Both the position numbers and the translations under genes were made by a program. The notes under the pieces are model-generated. The model did no database searches. It was not told the origin of the DNA and was given only the letters and a program-made list of their open reading frames with translations. A stretch of 64,000 nucleotides of DNA from assembly GCF_018977255.1 (NCBI RefSeq), contig NW_024704742.1:11844001-11908000 (forward strand), written 5' to 3'. Source of the DNA: Callorhinchus milii. Lineage: Eukaryota. Shown piece by piece: positions 35,481 through 49,572 of this stretch (position 1 is the first letter of the stretch; each line of letters starts with the position of its first letter).

Positions 35481-36894
35481 CAGCTATTCAAAATAATTCT
35501 TTTAGATTAATTTTTAAGATAAGGACTATATACTGAGTGACAGAATAATTTCCTCAAGTTCTGATCACACAACTGCTCATTGTGTTGTTTCAGCTAAGGT
35601 CGCTGTCATGGTCACATTGTGACAAGATGTTCTGTTTGATGGGCTGAGTGGGTGTGACGAAGAATTGGCCAGGAAATTGAACAAATCACTCTTTAATTTA
35701 TTTGCCCACACATATTGGGTGAAAATCTTGACAATGTGTGCTTCCATGAGGCCTCTAGAGGAATTTCACCTTCATTGTATCTAAAAGATTGTTTTCCAAA
35801 AGGTTTTTTTCCCCCAGTAATCTGAACTCCGGAACAAATAACTAAACAATGGAATAGTTATATTTTTAACTCTTCAAGCACCGTAGGGAAATGTACTCAT
35901 CTGGATACATGGGGGAGGGGGAGTGAATTGGCATGGCAACAGCTATGATTGACTCTGGGGTTTAAATTTACCTTTAACTCCTCATTCTACTAATACAAAC
36001 ACAGCTGATTTTAGAACTTGTCCCACCTCCAACGCATAAGTTGCGAGCTGGGGGAGAGAGATGGTGAATGAGAGGTTTCAAACTTTGTTTTTAAGAACAA
36101 AAAAAGTTACAAGAAAATCAAATTGATTAGATTTGTAACCAAAAGTTTTCTTTATAAAAAGAATGAATGGAAAATGGCAAAGAAGAGAAAATAAAAATTT
36201 GACATTAAGTTGGAGCAGAATAAATACCTAAAGAGATAACTAATCTTTACTTATAAGTGTTTGAGAGAGTTATTATTGTAGCAACAAAACTGCTAAATTA
36301 ATTGGGGTGGACTTATCATTGTAATTTTGACCTTAAACACCTGGTTCTGCTCTGCAAAGTTGTGCATCATGTCAAGTGGTTTGGGAAATGTTAACATGAT
36401 AAGGCTCTATTTTGATGCAGATTTTATATTATGTTCATCTTTACTTCTACTTATTTCTATTTTGCCCACAGAATACATAGCCACTATCACTATATTGATA
36501 TTCTGTGATGCGCTTTGACATGGCTCATCAAAATGATAAGGCGCTATATCAAATGCAATTATTATTAATATTCTATGAGCTGAAGACTTGCAAAATCATC
36601 AGGCCTAGAAATATTTTGCCAATTGAAAGCTTCAAAAGAGAATAGGTTTTTACGAGACCAACAAATTTCCCAGTAATCAGCTGCATAACTTTGTCCGTCT
36701 CGAGACAAGAAAAATTGTTGGAAATATAAAATTTCACAGTTATCAATTACCCAGAGCATCTGACAGTTTCAGAGTGGACTGAAGAAGTGGCAACTCATGT
36801 AAAATGGCAATGTAATATGTTGGAGATCCACCTATTGCTTTTTTAAAAAAGTCACTTCGCTTTACAGTGAACCAATCATGAGAAGATAATTTAG

Positions 36895-37262
36895 ATAATC
36901 CTTGTGTTTGATATAGTGGCTTATCACCTTATTGAGATATCTCTTCACAGGATAGATTGTAAAGTGGATTGACTGTGTATTTTGTGGGAAAATAATGGCA
37001 GCCAGTTTGTGCACAGCATTGTCCCACAAACAGCCATAGATTGAGTGACCAATACTATTTGGGAGCATTGTTGGCCAGGAGAAACTCCCTTCTCTTTTCA
37101 AATAGTGCCATGGGATCTTTAACGTCCACCTGAACAGACAGATGGGACCTCAGTTTAATGTCTCATCTGAAGGACGGCACCTCCGACAATACAACAATGC
37201 ACTGGAGTGTCAGGTTAGATTTGTGATTACAAATCCCAAACTGGGGCTTGAACCCACAATGC
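36895..37262 (-). mobile_element. SacSINE1/Deu-type SINE
   Basis: gtgccatgggatctttaacgtccacctgaacagacagatgggacctcagtttaatgtctcatctgaaggacggcacctccgacaat...gcactggagtgtcagg...gggcttgaacccacaa. Confidence 0.85.
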
Positions 37263-37269
37263 AAACGAC

Positions 37270-37828
37270 ACAAACTCCCTGCTTGTCGGCCTCCCCGACT
37301 CCTCCATAGGCTGCAGATCATCCAGAACTCTGCAGCCTGTGCCCTCTCCCGCACCAAGCTCTGCAACCCTATCACCCCCTTCCTCGTCCGACTTCACTGG
37401 GTTCCAATCGCAGAGAGGATACAGTTCAAGATCCTGGTCCTCATCTTCAAAGCCCTCCATGGCCTTGCTCCTCTCTACCTCTGCGATCTCCTAACTCACT
37501 ACCTGTCCTCTACCTCTGCTCAGTGGGCTCCGGCCTGCTTCACGTCCTCCACCTCGCCCGCCCTACCATTAGCAGGTCAGCCTTCAGCCACTCTGCTCCC
37601 ACCCTTTGGAACTCCATCCTACAGTCCCTCCACGTCACCCCCTCCCTTACCTCCTTCAAGACCCATCTCAAGACGCTCCTCTTCAACCATGCCTTCGGTC
37701 ACCCTCCTTCCCACTGCTCTCTACCCTCCCTAATCCCAACTCCCAGCTCGGGTCTCAAACATTGATTGTCCAGCTCCTTGGGATGTCCTTCCAACATGAA
37801 AGGTGCTATACAAATGTAATTTTGTTGT
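37270..37828 (+). mobile_element. L2 3' fragment
   Basis: ORF LLHRLQIIQNSAACALSRT...LHWVPIAERIQFKILVLIFKALHGLAP; tail gggatgtccttccaacatgaaaggtgctatacaaatgtaattttgttg. Confidence 0.9.
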
Positions 37829-39174
37829 ACAGGGAACGGAGTCCATGCCATCTCTCACAAAACCTGCAAGAGGGCTATACAGCAGCATTGGCTGAGGTCT
37901 CAGCCTCTTGGTGCTTGTTGTGGATAAGACCAGAACAACAGTTGGAGGAGGGGGGGCAGGATTTTAAATCTCCTTATGATGGTTAAGATAAGATGAATGG
38001 AGAGTCACTTCTGGAATTGCAGAGTTCATATGTCATTCATGAGTCTGACATATTAGGTTTCGTGTAACTCCTTCAAGTTGAAAAGGCACTTTTTGTGGTC
38101 TTCAGATCTTCCATTCACAGTGTAGTCCCTTGTGAAATTCAGGGTTGAAAGGGATAAATTGCTCCTGACACTCGCCATGATTTATTGAATTGAAGCTCAG
38201 GGCTGTGGCAGATCTGGGATGAAAATCTGATTACCCACCAGAGGTTTCGGTTATTTAGGAGAAAATTCTGTCAGCTCTTGCCTTTTTACGGAATTAGAAA
38301 AGTGCTGAGAGATGTCAGCGTCTAGGCAATTGCCTCAGATATTGCAAAGTACAACAGAGAAAGGATAGCACATACTGGTCTGATGTTGACAGAAAATGAC
38401 TGCATGATAGTAAAAGAGATACAGGACAAAACAAAGGCAGGTCACAATGGAAGGAGTATAGAGATTAATGTTGAAGCCTATTTACGTTGTTATGCTTTAA
38501 TGTAATGGGGCTAGTTTTGAGTGATAGATGACTGATTAGTTAATGGGCATGATAGTGATCAGGGGCAATTTATCCTTTTCTGTTTTATCTGGTTTATATT
38601 TGATTAAAATTAAGTGGGCTGGTTTGGCATTGCATTTCTCACCATTCTTGAAGCTATCTGACCTTTAAAATCACAATCTGGATTAGGAATGGTACGTAAA
38701 TACAAAATTCTGCTTACAAGCCAACCTGTGGAAAATCATTGGCCAGTCTCTTTATGGCTGTTTGTGGGACATTGCTGCGTGAAAATTGGTTGGTGGATTC
38801 ACCTACAAAGTACACAGTCACACCAATTTACATTAAATCTGTGAATGACTTTCGGACATCCATATCTAATGCGAAGATGTAAGGATTATTAACAAATATT
38901 AAATCTGCTCTGGCTCATGGGCAAACCTTGATGGGGATGACCAACTACTGGTAGCAGAGATTCTTCCCATCCCACTCAACTTAGCCCTGCAAGCCAAAGC
39001 CCTGACTGGTAGAATGGTTCTGGCTGGAAAAGCAATGGGAAAACTTGTCAAACAAGACTTTCAACTGCAAAGCTATGCAATTTTAGTCATTTAAACTCCA
39101 GGAATACGCTTGCCTCCAAACCTTGGCTCTTGCCTACTTGGGCCCTAATGCTTTCTGAATCAGGTAAGCAGGGT

Positions 39175-39308
39175 ATAATAATAATAATAATAATCCTTGC
39201 ATTTGATATAGCGCTTTTCACGTCAGGAGGACGTCCCAAAGCGCTTCACAGAATATACTGTAAAGTGAGTTGACTGTATATTTGTGGGCGAACGCAGCAG
39301 CCAATTGT
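39175..39308 (-). mobile_element. Young SINE 3' fragment
   Basis: (aat)n ccttgcatttgatatagcgcttttcacgtcaggaggacgtcccaaagcgcttcacag. Confidence 0.85.
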
Positions 39309-42300
39309 ATGACCCTCAAGTGAGATAATGAGCATTCCATTTCTGTGCAAGAGAAATGTTCATGTGTAGGTGACATACATATGTGAAACTCTGTCAGGTT
39401 TGGATATTCTTAAGTTGGATTTCCACATGTGTCAGGCTAACCAAAAATAAGTTTACCCTGCATGTTCTCCCAGTAAGGACTAAGTCCATGAGGGCCTTTG
39501 AATTGGAGTTTAATCATCTGACTTTTGCCTATAATGCTGAGTTTGTGGAAACTGGTTTTAAGTTTTACATGCAGCTGTGTACTGTGACGTTTGCTTAATC
39601 CGTCATGATGTCTGTACCTTGTTTAAATTTATCTTGTGGTCGTACTATATTTTCCGCACAATTACAGTATTTCATAAAAATCTTGGAAGCATTTACAAAT
39701 CGCAAAATGCTATGGTTTGATGAATTACTTCTGGAAGTAAGAGTGTATAAGTAAGAACAAAAGTTTGAAACTCCCGTTTCAAATTTGCTATCAAATGGCA
39801 TTGCAGAAACTAGCAATGTCATCATCAATCATCAAGAGCCATAATAAACTTTCCATGTATTCCTGACCCTTCTAAAACATCCCTTCTTCAAAGCCAATTT
39901 AACCCCCTCATGGGAGTCATTTATTGTTTAGTTAGGACGAGTTAGTTATAAAAATACATCTCCCTCAGGAACTCTAATGAGAACCCTGGACAGAGGGCAA
40001 AATATAATTCAGAATAGGAGAAGAGAAAGGCAAATTAAAAAAAAGCCCATTTTATTCAGTGATTATAGAATTTTGGAGATGATTGCTGCAAATATCAAGA
40101 CATTATATGGGTAATTCTCCACTTGTCGGTGATTTTACTAAAATTGTCAGTGGGGCTATAATCGTCTTTTACATTGAAAACACATATCACCAGTGTTGTA
40201 ACCTTGCCATCAAGTGGAGAATTAGCCTCATGAGAGTAATGTAAAGTCAACGCTTGTTTGCCTACAAAAAAAAACAGAAAAATAATAGTTTGGGCACTCA
40301 ATCCAAGACTGTTTGTGGGACACTGTTGTCTGCAGTTGGCTGCCACATTTCACGCACAAAATATAGTCAGTTACAGTCTATTCTGTGAAGCATTTTGAGA
40401 CATCAAATGCAAAGATTATTATTATATTCTGTGGAGCACTTAGAGATGTGTCAAAGACGCTATATCAAATGCAAGGATTATTATTATTACATATTCATTA
40501 TATATTCATTCACTAGATGTTATAGAAAACTGTGAGCGCTTAGAGATGTTTCATCATTTTTTTATTATTAAGAAGGGGCTAAGGTGCACGTCTAATTTTA
40601 ATTGCTGTCTGAAGGATGTTTCTAGTGCAAGTATCTGCCATGTCTACATACATCAAAACAGTCACTACACGCTCGGTTAATCACCTATGAAGCACCTTGG
40701 GACAATTCTACATTTGGTGCTATAAAAATGGAAGTTATTTCATTCTAGTTGTTTTCCAGAAGCTGGTGCTGTTTGCGTGAGATAATTTAAAGACACTGCA
40801 TTAAAAAAAATTATAAAATGGGAATTTTGATGAGATTTGTTAAAAGTGCTAAAATATCAAATACTGTACATGTCCATCAGAAGCTTAACTCTTGAGTCTT
40901 GTGCCTTTTCTAAAATATAGCGATCTTTTTGTCACCCAAATAGACTGAGATATTGTATGAGAAAAGGGGCACACTTAACAAAGGGACAATGAGAAACAAT
41001 TCCTCCACGTCTATTACAATTGAAAGCTATGTAAAAGTTCAGACAATTCTTGGCTTGCATCAGCCTTGTAGGTTAGGTTCCACTGAAATTGTTAAATACA
41101 GGGACCCCAATAAGGGTTGTGAATTGATTGAAATAAAATGAATTATCTGGGATTTAACTAGAGCAAGTACTTTCTCCTGCACAACAGCCCCCATTTAAAA
41201 CAACGTGTTCAGAATACACATTGACCTTTAGACAATGGGATTAAAACCCAAATAGCACACCATAATATGGTGGAACAAAGTATTAGTACACTGATGCATT
41301 ATATTTATTTTTTCTTGCCATTCAGTGGGCTCCCGATCTCAGTCAACACTTCATAGGGGCCAGGGTCCTACCTGCAGAAAGGGAGAAAACTAAGACTGTC
41401 TATTCAGTCGTGCTTTCAGTCACTATGAAACTCTGGAACCCTCTCCCTCAATCCCTTCGCCTTGCCCCCTTCTCTCCCCATCTTCAAGTCCCACCTAAAG
41501 GTCTTGGGTCTTGCTTTTTGATTGTGCTTAAGATCACCTGCCCCTTCCCTCTCCCCCAGACCCAGGGTCAGTCTCCGCCACTGTGAAGTTCTCCAGGATT
41601 CTATCCTGTGCTATTTAAATGCAAACAAAATGCAAGTTGTTGTTATTCATCTAATCAAGAACTACATGAGAATATTTTCAATTCAAATTTCTGTTGTGTT
41701 TCTCCCGGTTTGAATGCTTTTCAGACAGGAAGGATGTCCCAAAACACTTACCATTACTGACAGCGGGGGGGAAGGGGGGGCGTTGTGGTGGGAGGACGTT
41801 GTGGTGGGGGGAGATGATCAAACGTGGGGATTGATGAAAGCCAAGAGGAGAATCTTAAGTGGAAATAAATCAAAGTGACAGCCTTACCTTCTGGGACTGT
41901 AGATTTTATTTGATGGAGATTTGTTTTTTTATCCGTTTGGATGAGAGGAATTGTTTGCATCTAACTCTTCACAACTTAGGTGGTCTTATTTTGCCTTTGT
42001 CCTGAAACCCTTCCAACATTGGAAAAACTGAACAAAATTCTATTGACATTGCTCGGTTATACTGAAAAGGTGGTTTGTAAATTTGCCTTGATCCTGAATC
42101 AACTTTCAAACTACACATGTTAGTGTAAAAATAGATATTTTTCCAATGTTCTTCTCAGCCTGCTTGATGCCACTCTACAAAGGAACTTTATAATTTGAGT
42201 TTTCTTGTGCATAAGGCTCTGGACACCCATTATCCCATTCTCACGAAATGTCATTAACTTCCAATACCTCAGTCATTTAAATATTGTAATAGGTTTAATA

Positions 42301-43719
42301 GGACCCCATCAAGCTTTTTCAACAAGTGTATTAGATCTTAACGGATCTTTAAGTCCCATTCCCCTGCCTTTTCTCTATACTCAATATTCTTGCTTCCCAA
42401 GTATCTCCATATCCACTTTTAAATATCACTGATTGGTTTCTACAACAATCTGGGACAGTGCATTTTCTACTTTCATAAGCTTGTGTCTGAAGAATCCCCT
42501 TCTGGCCTGGTTTTCAGATTTCTCCACAGGCTCACCCCATCCTTTTTAATAATAATAATTCTTGTATTTGATACAGCACCTTATCGTGTCTTCGGTGGTT
42601 TGTAAATTTGAGGTGGTCCTGTGCTCGAAAGGCACTGTATGAATTTCAGTTGTTCTTGGTGTGCTCAATAAATACTTATTTCTCTGTTTTCAAGACCCTC
42701 CTCTTCGACCGCACCTTGGATCACCCTCCTTCCCACATTCTCCCTGCCCTCCCTGTCCTCCACTCCTCCTGATCTCAACCCATTGCTTGGGTCCAAATCC
42801 CTCACTCTCTAGCATCTTGGGACATCCTCCCGATTTGAAGGTTGCTATACCAATGTAATTTCTTTTTGCTGTTGTTCTATTCTACCCAGTAGCAGAGCTC
42901 AAACATCCAGCATTCATGGGAATAGTGAGTACGTTGTTGAGTAATTTTTCCCTGGCTAATTTTCTCTGTATCCCCGATAACCTCATTATAAATAATGTAC
43001 CCATCTAATCTCTTTTGGAAATCAAACTACAGCCAGATATTCAGATTTTAAATGTTATACCAAAGAATTTAACAAATACATTTGCATGAAGAAAATCTCA
43101 ATTTCGCCCCTATCTGTCACACATGCATATATTTTGTGCAAGGAGAATCTTTTACACTGGCTGTATAATTTATGACTAAGCAGGAATTGTTCTGTGGGCT
43201 TGAATATTTGTAATTATAATCAAAAAAATCCATTGGTTTGAACTCCCCTCATTCATCTTTGCTGTGCCAAATTGATAATCAGAGATATGTTCCTTTAAAC
43301 AAATGCAGAAAATAATTATACAGCCCAAGTCTGCATTGATGTGGGTTAGTGGAATTAAAATGCATCACATGGCTATTTTAATTATGAATTGTGACTGTTA
43401 GCCCCACAGTGCCAAATCTAACTCACTGCAACATTTCTTTCCTACAGAAAGCATGGCACACAAGTACAATATCCATTCTTATTGCATGCATATTTCATTG
43501 CTTCTATCCCAAAGGGAATTGAGTTATTGTTCTCACTGTTTCCATTCATCTGTCTCTGTCTCGGGACACAATAGTGTCAGAAATCTCTGACAGAATTCAT
43601 CCCAACTCACTGGATAGGTTTCAAAGATTGATCTCTCCAGCAGGACCAGTGTTGTGCAGGATGTAAACTTACCATTGCATAATACAGATTCGCTCCTATA
43701 ATTGCATAGTTTCCGAAGT

Positions 43720-43935
43720 CCTATCAACAATGCTCCAAAACTCTGGAGCACTCTTCCTCTATCCCTCCACCTTGCCCCCCTACCCCATCTTCAGGTTGCA
43801 CCTGAAGACATTCCTATTTGACTGTGCTTATGGCTACCTCCCCCCCATCCCCCACCACAACCTCGGCTCGACGTCATGCTCTGCCATTGTCAAGCACTCT
43901 GGGATGCTAGCCTGCGAGAGGGGCGCAATATAAAT
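43720..43935 (+). mobile_element. L2 3' fragment
   Basis: ORF PIFRLHLKTFLFDCAYG...; same old L2 family as 21112-21320. Similar fragments at ~33005-33180, 41420-41645 and 42685-42875. Confidence 0.75.
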
Positions 43936-43937
43936 AA

Positions 43938-44297
43938 CTTAGTGGTTAGAGCACTCACCTCGCAAGCGAGAGGATCTGGGTTTGATTCCCAACAGGGCGA
44001 AAGGTTGGGCAAGTTTCCTTACTCCACACACCTCTGTTTACCTAGCAGTAAGTAGGAACTCAGTTGTTTGTCAATTGGCGGGGGTAATATTTCCTTCAAA
44101 AGAAAAATAAATTTAAAAGTATAATAATTTGGTTGCTCATTCCATGACTGTTTGTGAGACACTGCTGTGCACAAATTGGCTGCCGCATTTCGCCCACAAA
44201 ATATAGTCAATTCACTTAACAGAATATTCTGTGAAGCACTTTGAAACATCTCAAATACGTGATAAGGTGCTGTATCAAATGCAAGAATTATTATTAT
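43938..44297 (+). mobile_element. tRNA-headed SINE, long subfamily, near full length
   Basis: cttagtggttagagcactcacctcgcaagcgagagg...ttgggcaagtttccttactccacacacctctgtttacctagcagtaagtaggaac...ggtgctgtatcaaatgcaagaattattatt. Confidence 0.9.
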
Positions 44298-44854
44298 AAA
44301 TACACATTGCTGTTGTTGATCTGTGGCCCAAAATTTACAAAATAGGATTTCACAGCTGAAGATCAAAATAACAAAACAAGGCTCAGACCCTGTATGGAGG
44401 AAGCAACTTGCCTGGAGAGGAGAACCAAGAGCTAGTGTTTGTCAAACTGTTCCTTAAATAAAGAAACCAAAACATTTTTTGGAATCGCACAACGTGATTA
44501 TAAATTTGTAAAAACATGGAAATAATTACCATGACAAATTTAGCCTGCCTCTTTCTGCCTCTTAATTTCATCAATAAATATTCAACAACAAGATGCGCAC
44601 AGCCTGTAATTGATTGGATTTGATTCGAAGAGATGAATAAATTAAACTGTTCAATAATATTCCTTTCAATTTTGATTAAATCATTCATTACCTAATAATC
44701 AGTCACGTGTGGTTAACCAACAGTTCATGTTCAAAGGCTACAAGTTCCCATGTATTCTGGCTCTCTGTTTTCTTCTAATTTATCTGCCACTATTGCTGCA
44801 TCTCCCACATTTCCCTTAATCCCATTTGTCATTTCGCTCAGGTAAATCGCCAAC

Positions 44855-45200
44855 TAATAATAATAAATCCTTGCATTTTATATAGTGCCTTATCACATCT
44901 TTGAGACGTCTCAAAGCACTTCACTGAATATAATGTAATTTTGTGGGCAAAACACGGCAGCCAACTGCGAACAGTAGTGTCCCACAAATCGTCGTGGATT
45001 GAGTGATGAATTTTTTTTAAGATCTTATTGCCCCGGAAAAGCAATCCTCCCATCAACTAACAACTGGGTTTCTACTTACTGCTAGGTAAATAGAGGTGTG
45101 TGGTGTGGTGTAACTTGCCCAATATTTTGCCCTGCAGGGAATCGAACCCAGGTCTTCTCACTTGTGAGACGAGTGCTCTAATTACTGAGCTCCAGGACTC
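44855..45200 (-). mobile_element. tRNA-headed SINE, long subfamily
   Basis: Full reverse copy ending actgagctccaggactc. Confidence 0.85.
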
Positions 45201-45964
45201 CAACTGATCAATGCTCTCTTTCCTAGTTCTAGCTTCCTCCTTCCAAAGCCATATTAGTTGTTTTTAAAAAGCTTGTTGCTGTGAGCCACATTACTTTTGG
45301 GATCTCATTTTCATCTTGACATGAGTCTGTGCTTCCCTTTAATAATTTCTTTCTACATCTGTTGTTACCACACATCCCTAACATCTCACTGTAACTGATG
45401 TGGCAGTTCCCGTTTTAGTATCTCTTTATTTGTATCTTTCGCTTATTTTCATTAATTCATTTTAGTCTTCTGTGCCTCCAGCTGGATCTTTATTTTTTTT
45501 CTCGACGTCGTGATCCATTCCTGGATGCCTAATAGCCATTTGGTTTGTTCTGTTTGACTATAAAATTACTCTGCCCATCAACTCTGCCCATTATATTAAG
45601 TTATCTGCCTTAAGCATTCCCCTCCACTCTATATGTCTGTCTAAGTTAGTGAACTTATCACAGGAAAAGCCCTGTGCATTGGTTCTTCAGTAAATTCATA
45701 TCTCGTATCTGTAATTTAACCTTCCTCATTCCAATCGGGGGGTAAAATTAGTGGCATTTCACAACATGATGATTATTATGTGGAACACTTGATGACATTC
45801 TGCAAATTTCTTTCTGGTTTGATTTTTACTGGGCTCAGTAATCCTCCTCCTGACTTACCTGCATTGAGCTCGGCAGTTTGACAATATTGTACCAACATGA
45901 AGTCTCGGCGGATTTAGTCTGAGGTGTTGCAGTGTGCTGCAATGGCAGTAACTGGTATAATCAT

Positions 45965-46325
45965 AACAATCCTTACATTTGATATAATCTTAACCCTTAC
46001 ATTTGATATAGCACCTTATCATGTCTTCGAGAATATACTGTAAAGTGAATTGACTATATGTTCTGTGTGTGAAACGTGGCAGCCAATTGTGCACAACTGT
46101 GTCCCACAAATAGTCATGGATTGACTGACCAACTTATTTTACTTATTTAGTTATTTTTGAAGGGATTATTACCCCCAGAAAAGCTATCCCCCGAGTTCCT
46201 ATTTACTGTTAGGTAAACAGAAGCATGTGGAATAAGGAAACTTGCCCAACATTTCGTCCTGCTGGGAATTGAACCCAGGTCTTTGGCTTGCGAGGCATGT
46301 GCTCTAACTACTGAGCTACAGGACT
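45965..46325 (-). mobile_element. tRNA-headed SINE, long subfamily, with duplicated tail start
   Basis: aatccttacatttgatata / acccttacatttgatatagcacc, then the body to gctctaactactgagctacaggact. Confidence 0.85.
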
Positions 46326-49269
46326 ATAACACCTTTTAACGTCAGGAGGATGTCTCAAAACGCTTCACAGGATTTCTGTGTAAACTGTCGCCACTGTGTA
46401 TTTTAAATCTTAACACCAGATAGGCGACAGCCGCTGCCTAATTGTTTGGCTGGAAATATTAGTAAAAAAAGAAAGAGGCATAAGTCAAATGGAGGTGGTG
46501 TGATAGTGGAAGAGACAGGTTTGCCCTCATACGAAAGAAAACAACTCACTCTACTTCATATCTCCTTCAAACCAATTCTTCACTCTCACACATTCCCAGT
46601 TCACTGTTAGTTCAAAAGCACAAGACTTTTAACATTCGATCAATATGAAATTGAATATTCTGCTCTATTTGAAAGTCGTGACGAAGTGAATTCAGGATTT
46701 TTGCTTCCTGCTAGCCGACACTCATGCTTTAACTACAGCATTAATAGCAAGGAGAGCCTATCTGTTGTTGGTTCTTTACTGAGAATTCCAGATCATTCAC
46801 TTTGCAATTTAAAATTCATTGAGGGCAGATCTGCACAGTCTTATGCGAATATCTTACTAATAATAATTTCACAATCATTAGAGTGGTTGGGTAAAACATT
46901 AAGCAGCCTTTTCTGTGCACACAATATGAACACACCTGGGCACATTCCAGATAAATAACGTAAAATTCTAAGCTCTGGGAAAAGCAGCCGACTCAAACAT
47001 ATTTGTATATCATATCCTTCAACCTCGGATCGTCTTTGTAGCTCTGTTTCTGTCTGCTCTGAATTCACCAAATGCTTGTGAGCAATCTTCACAAGGGAGC
47101 TACATGCCGGCTGCAAATATTATGTTCTAAATCATCTGTACAAACAACTGGTTTGATTTCAAACCCGGAATGGCTAAAACGTGGATTACTGGTCCTCACA
47201 TCATTCCCAATTAAAACCCATCGCTAAATTATTATTGACTCCTTGACATTGATTGTACCCATGACTTGAGGGATGTTAATATAATTCTGTGGGAGGGCAC
47301 ATCTTTTTGCTGCAACATTAACTGTAGTAGTGCCTCAATAATTTGAGGATTTTGCAACAGACTGTGCAACCAGAAATAGATTTTTTTGATAAATGCATTT
47401 ACTTCCATAATCCCTTTCATCGTGCCATGTGTTTCATGACTTTCACAAGTCGTACAACATATAATGTCTCGCTATTGCAGGGATTGACACAGTTGTTGTT
47501 TTGCAAATGTAAGGCTTGATGTACTTTGCTGTCTGGTTTCAGATACTGAAACATTCAGAACATGAAGTACTGTAATATGATCTTGATGAAAGTTACAAAA
47601 ATGTAACAAAGGTTTTTCATGCAGTTTTTAAATGTCTTCCAGACGTCTCAAAGAGCTTTACAGAATAAGACTGTAAAATTTATTGAAAATTTATTATATT
47701 TATTGTATATTTGTGAGCGAAATGCGGCAGCCAATTGCGCACAGCAGTGTCCTACAAACAGTCGTGGATTGAAATGACCAATTTATTATTGGGTTTTTTC
47801 TTGAGGGACTATTATCAGGCTACTAGATTGATTTCAATTTGGGAGCATAGTAGGGTGGGTGTTCTGGAAGGATAAGATCAGATGGGCCTTCTTTATCCGA
47901 ACTAATCCTGTGAATCATCAAAGAAGATTGTTGACTGGAGGGAAAGGAAAAATTGCATTTTTTTCTTTCTGTTTTGACAATCTCTCAGTTTTTGATTCTT
48001 GATACCGTGACAAATGTTACCCATTTTACAAGGAAAATCAAATGCAAGGATTATGATTATTTACTTTTGGAATGTCTTTACTCTCTGAGAGAGGTGTTAG
48101 AAGCTTAGAAATAATTGGACTCCCAACTCAGATGACAAACTCATATGGCTTGTTCCACTCTCTGTAGACTCTGCCTTTAAAAGAGGGACATTAATGCCCT
48201 CAACAGGTATTTGATACATTGTTCTATTAGTAATGAATGGTAAGACTGCACCAGAAAACCTAGAGCTCCTGAGGTTTTTAACAAGCTGCAGGTAAACATT
48301 TGCTGTTTTAATTGTTTACCAATTTAACTGTTAATTTTAGAAGTGGGGTGAAAATAGACTTCTATCGGAAAGACATGAACCACAAATCAGATGATAGGCT
48401 ATTGTATTACAGAAAAGTCCATCGAGCTGCCTGTTGATTTATATTCTTCAGAGGTGTTCATAACCTCAGGAATTTCCTGACTTACATGGAATTGCTTTTG
48501 AAGGTGGCTAGTATCATTCACTAGCCTGCCGTTGATTTGCTCCCTGCAAAAATTTGCATGCAATTTTAAGGATAAATGAAACAATTTTTCTTTGAAATCC
48601 ACAGCACTGCCAAATATTCCTCAAATCGTCAATTCTACAAATCCTGAAAAAGATTGAGTCATTTAATCTGCATTACTGTTACTAACTCAGGAGGGTCATC
48701 TGAATTGAATTCAACCTAAACAAATATATTTGGTCTGCGAGTTGCTGTCCACCTTCACAAGAAATTCAGAATCCTGTAGCTTAGTGGTTAGAATCCTTGG
48801 ATTTTGACATAGCGCCTTATCATGTCTTTGAGACGTCTCAAATCAGAATATACTGTAAAGTAAATTGACTGTGTGTTTTGGGGGCAAAACATGGCAGTCA
48901 ATTGCGCACAGCAGTGTCCCACAAACAGTTGTGTGGATTGAGTGGCCATATTATTATTATTGATTGATTTATTTTTAGGAAGGGAATTAAATAATGATTG
49001 AAAGAGAAATATTATGGGGAAGAGAAGGGCAGAGGAGTGGGACTTTAATGGTTACCTCTTTCAGGAAACAAGCAGCAACTGAATGGGTTAAGTGATTGAA
49101 AGTATTGAAAAATGATTTTAGTTTGTGAACAAACATGACCTGAAACATTTTCTCTTTCTCTCCTGATATTTAACTTTTCAAATATTTGAAAAGGAAAACA
49201 TGAAATGGATATGGGAGAAAAGTTAGGGGACTGGAACTAAACAGATAATAATGATAATTCTGCTACTTA

Positions 49270-49572
49270 TAATGATCCTTGCATTTGATGTATCAAGTCG
49301 TTGAGCTATCTCAAAGGACTTCACAGGATATAATGTAAAGTGGATTGACTGTGTATTTTGTGGGCCAAACATTGCAGCCAATTGTGCAGAGCGGTGTCCC
49401 ACAAACAGTCGTGACTTGAGTGACCAAATTTATTTGGGGGATTTGTTGGCACTAAGAGAAACTCCCTTTTTGTTTTTCAATAGTGCCTTGGGATCTTTAA
49501 TGTCGCTCTGAATAGACAGAAGGGACCTTGGTTTAAAGTCTCATTTGAAGGATGGCACCTCCGACACTGCAA
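49270..49572 (-). mobile_element. SacSINE1/Deu-type SINE fragment
   Basis: gtgccttgggatctttaatgtcgctctgaatagacagaagggaccttggtttaaagtctcatttgaaggatggcacctccgacactgc. Confidence 0.75.
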
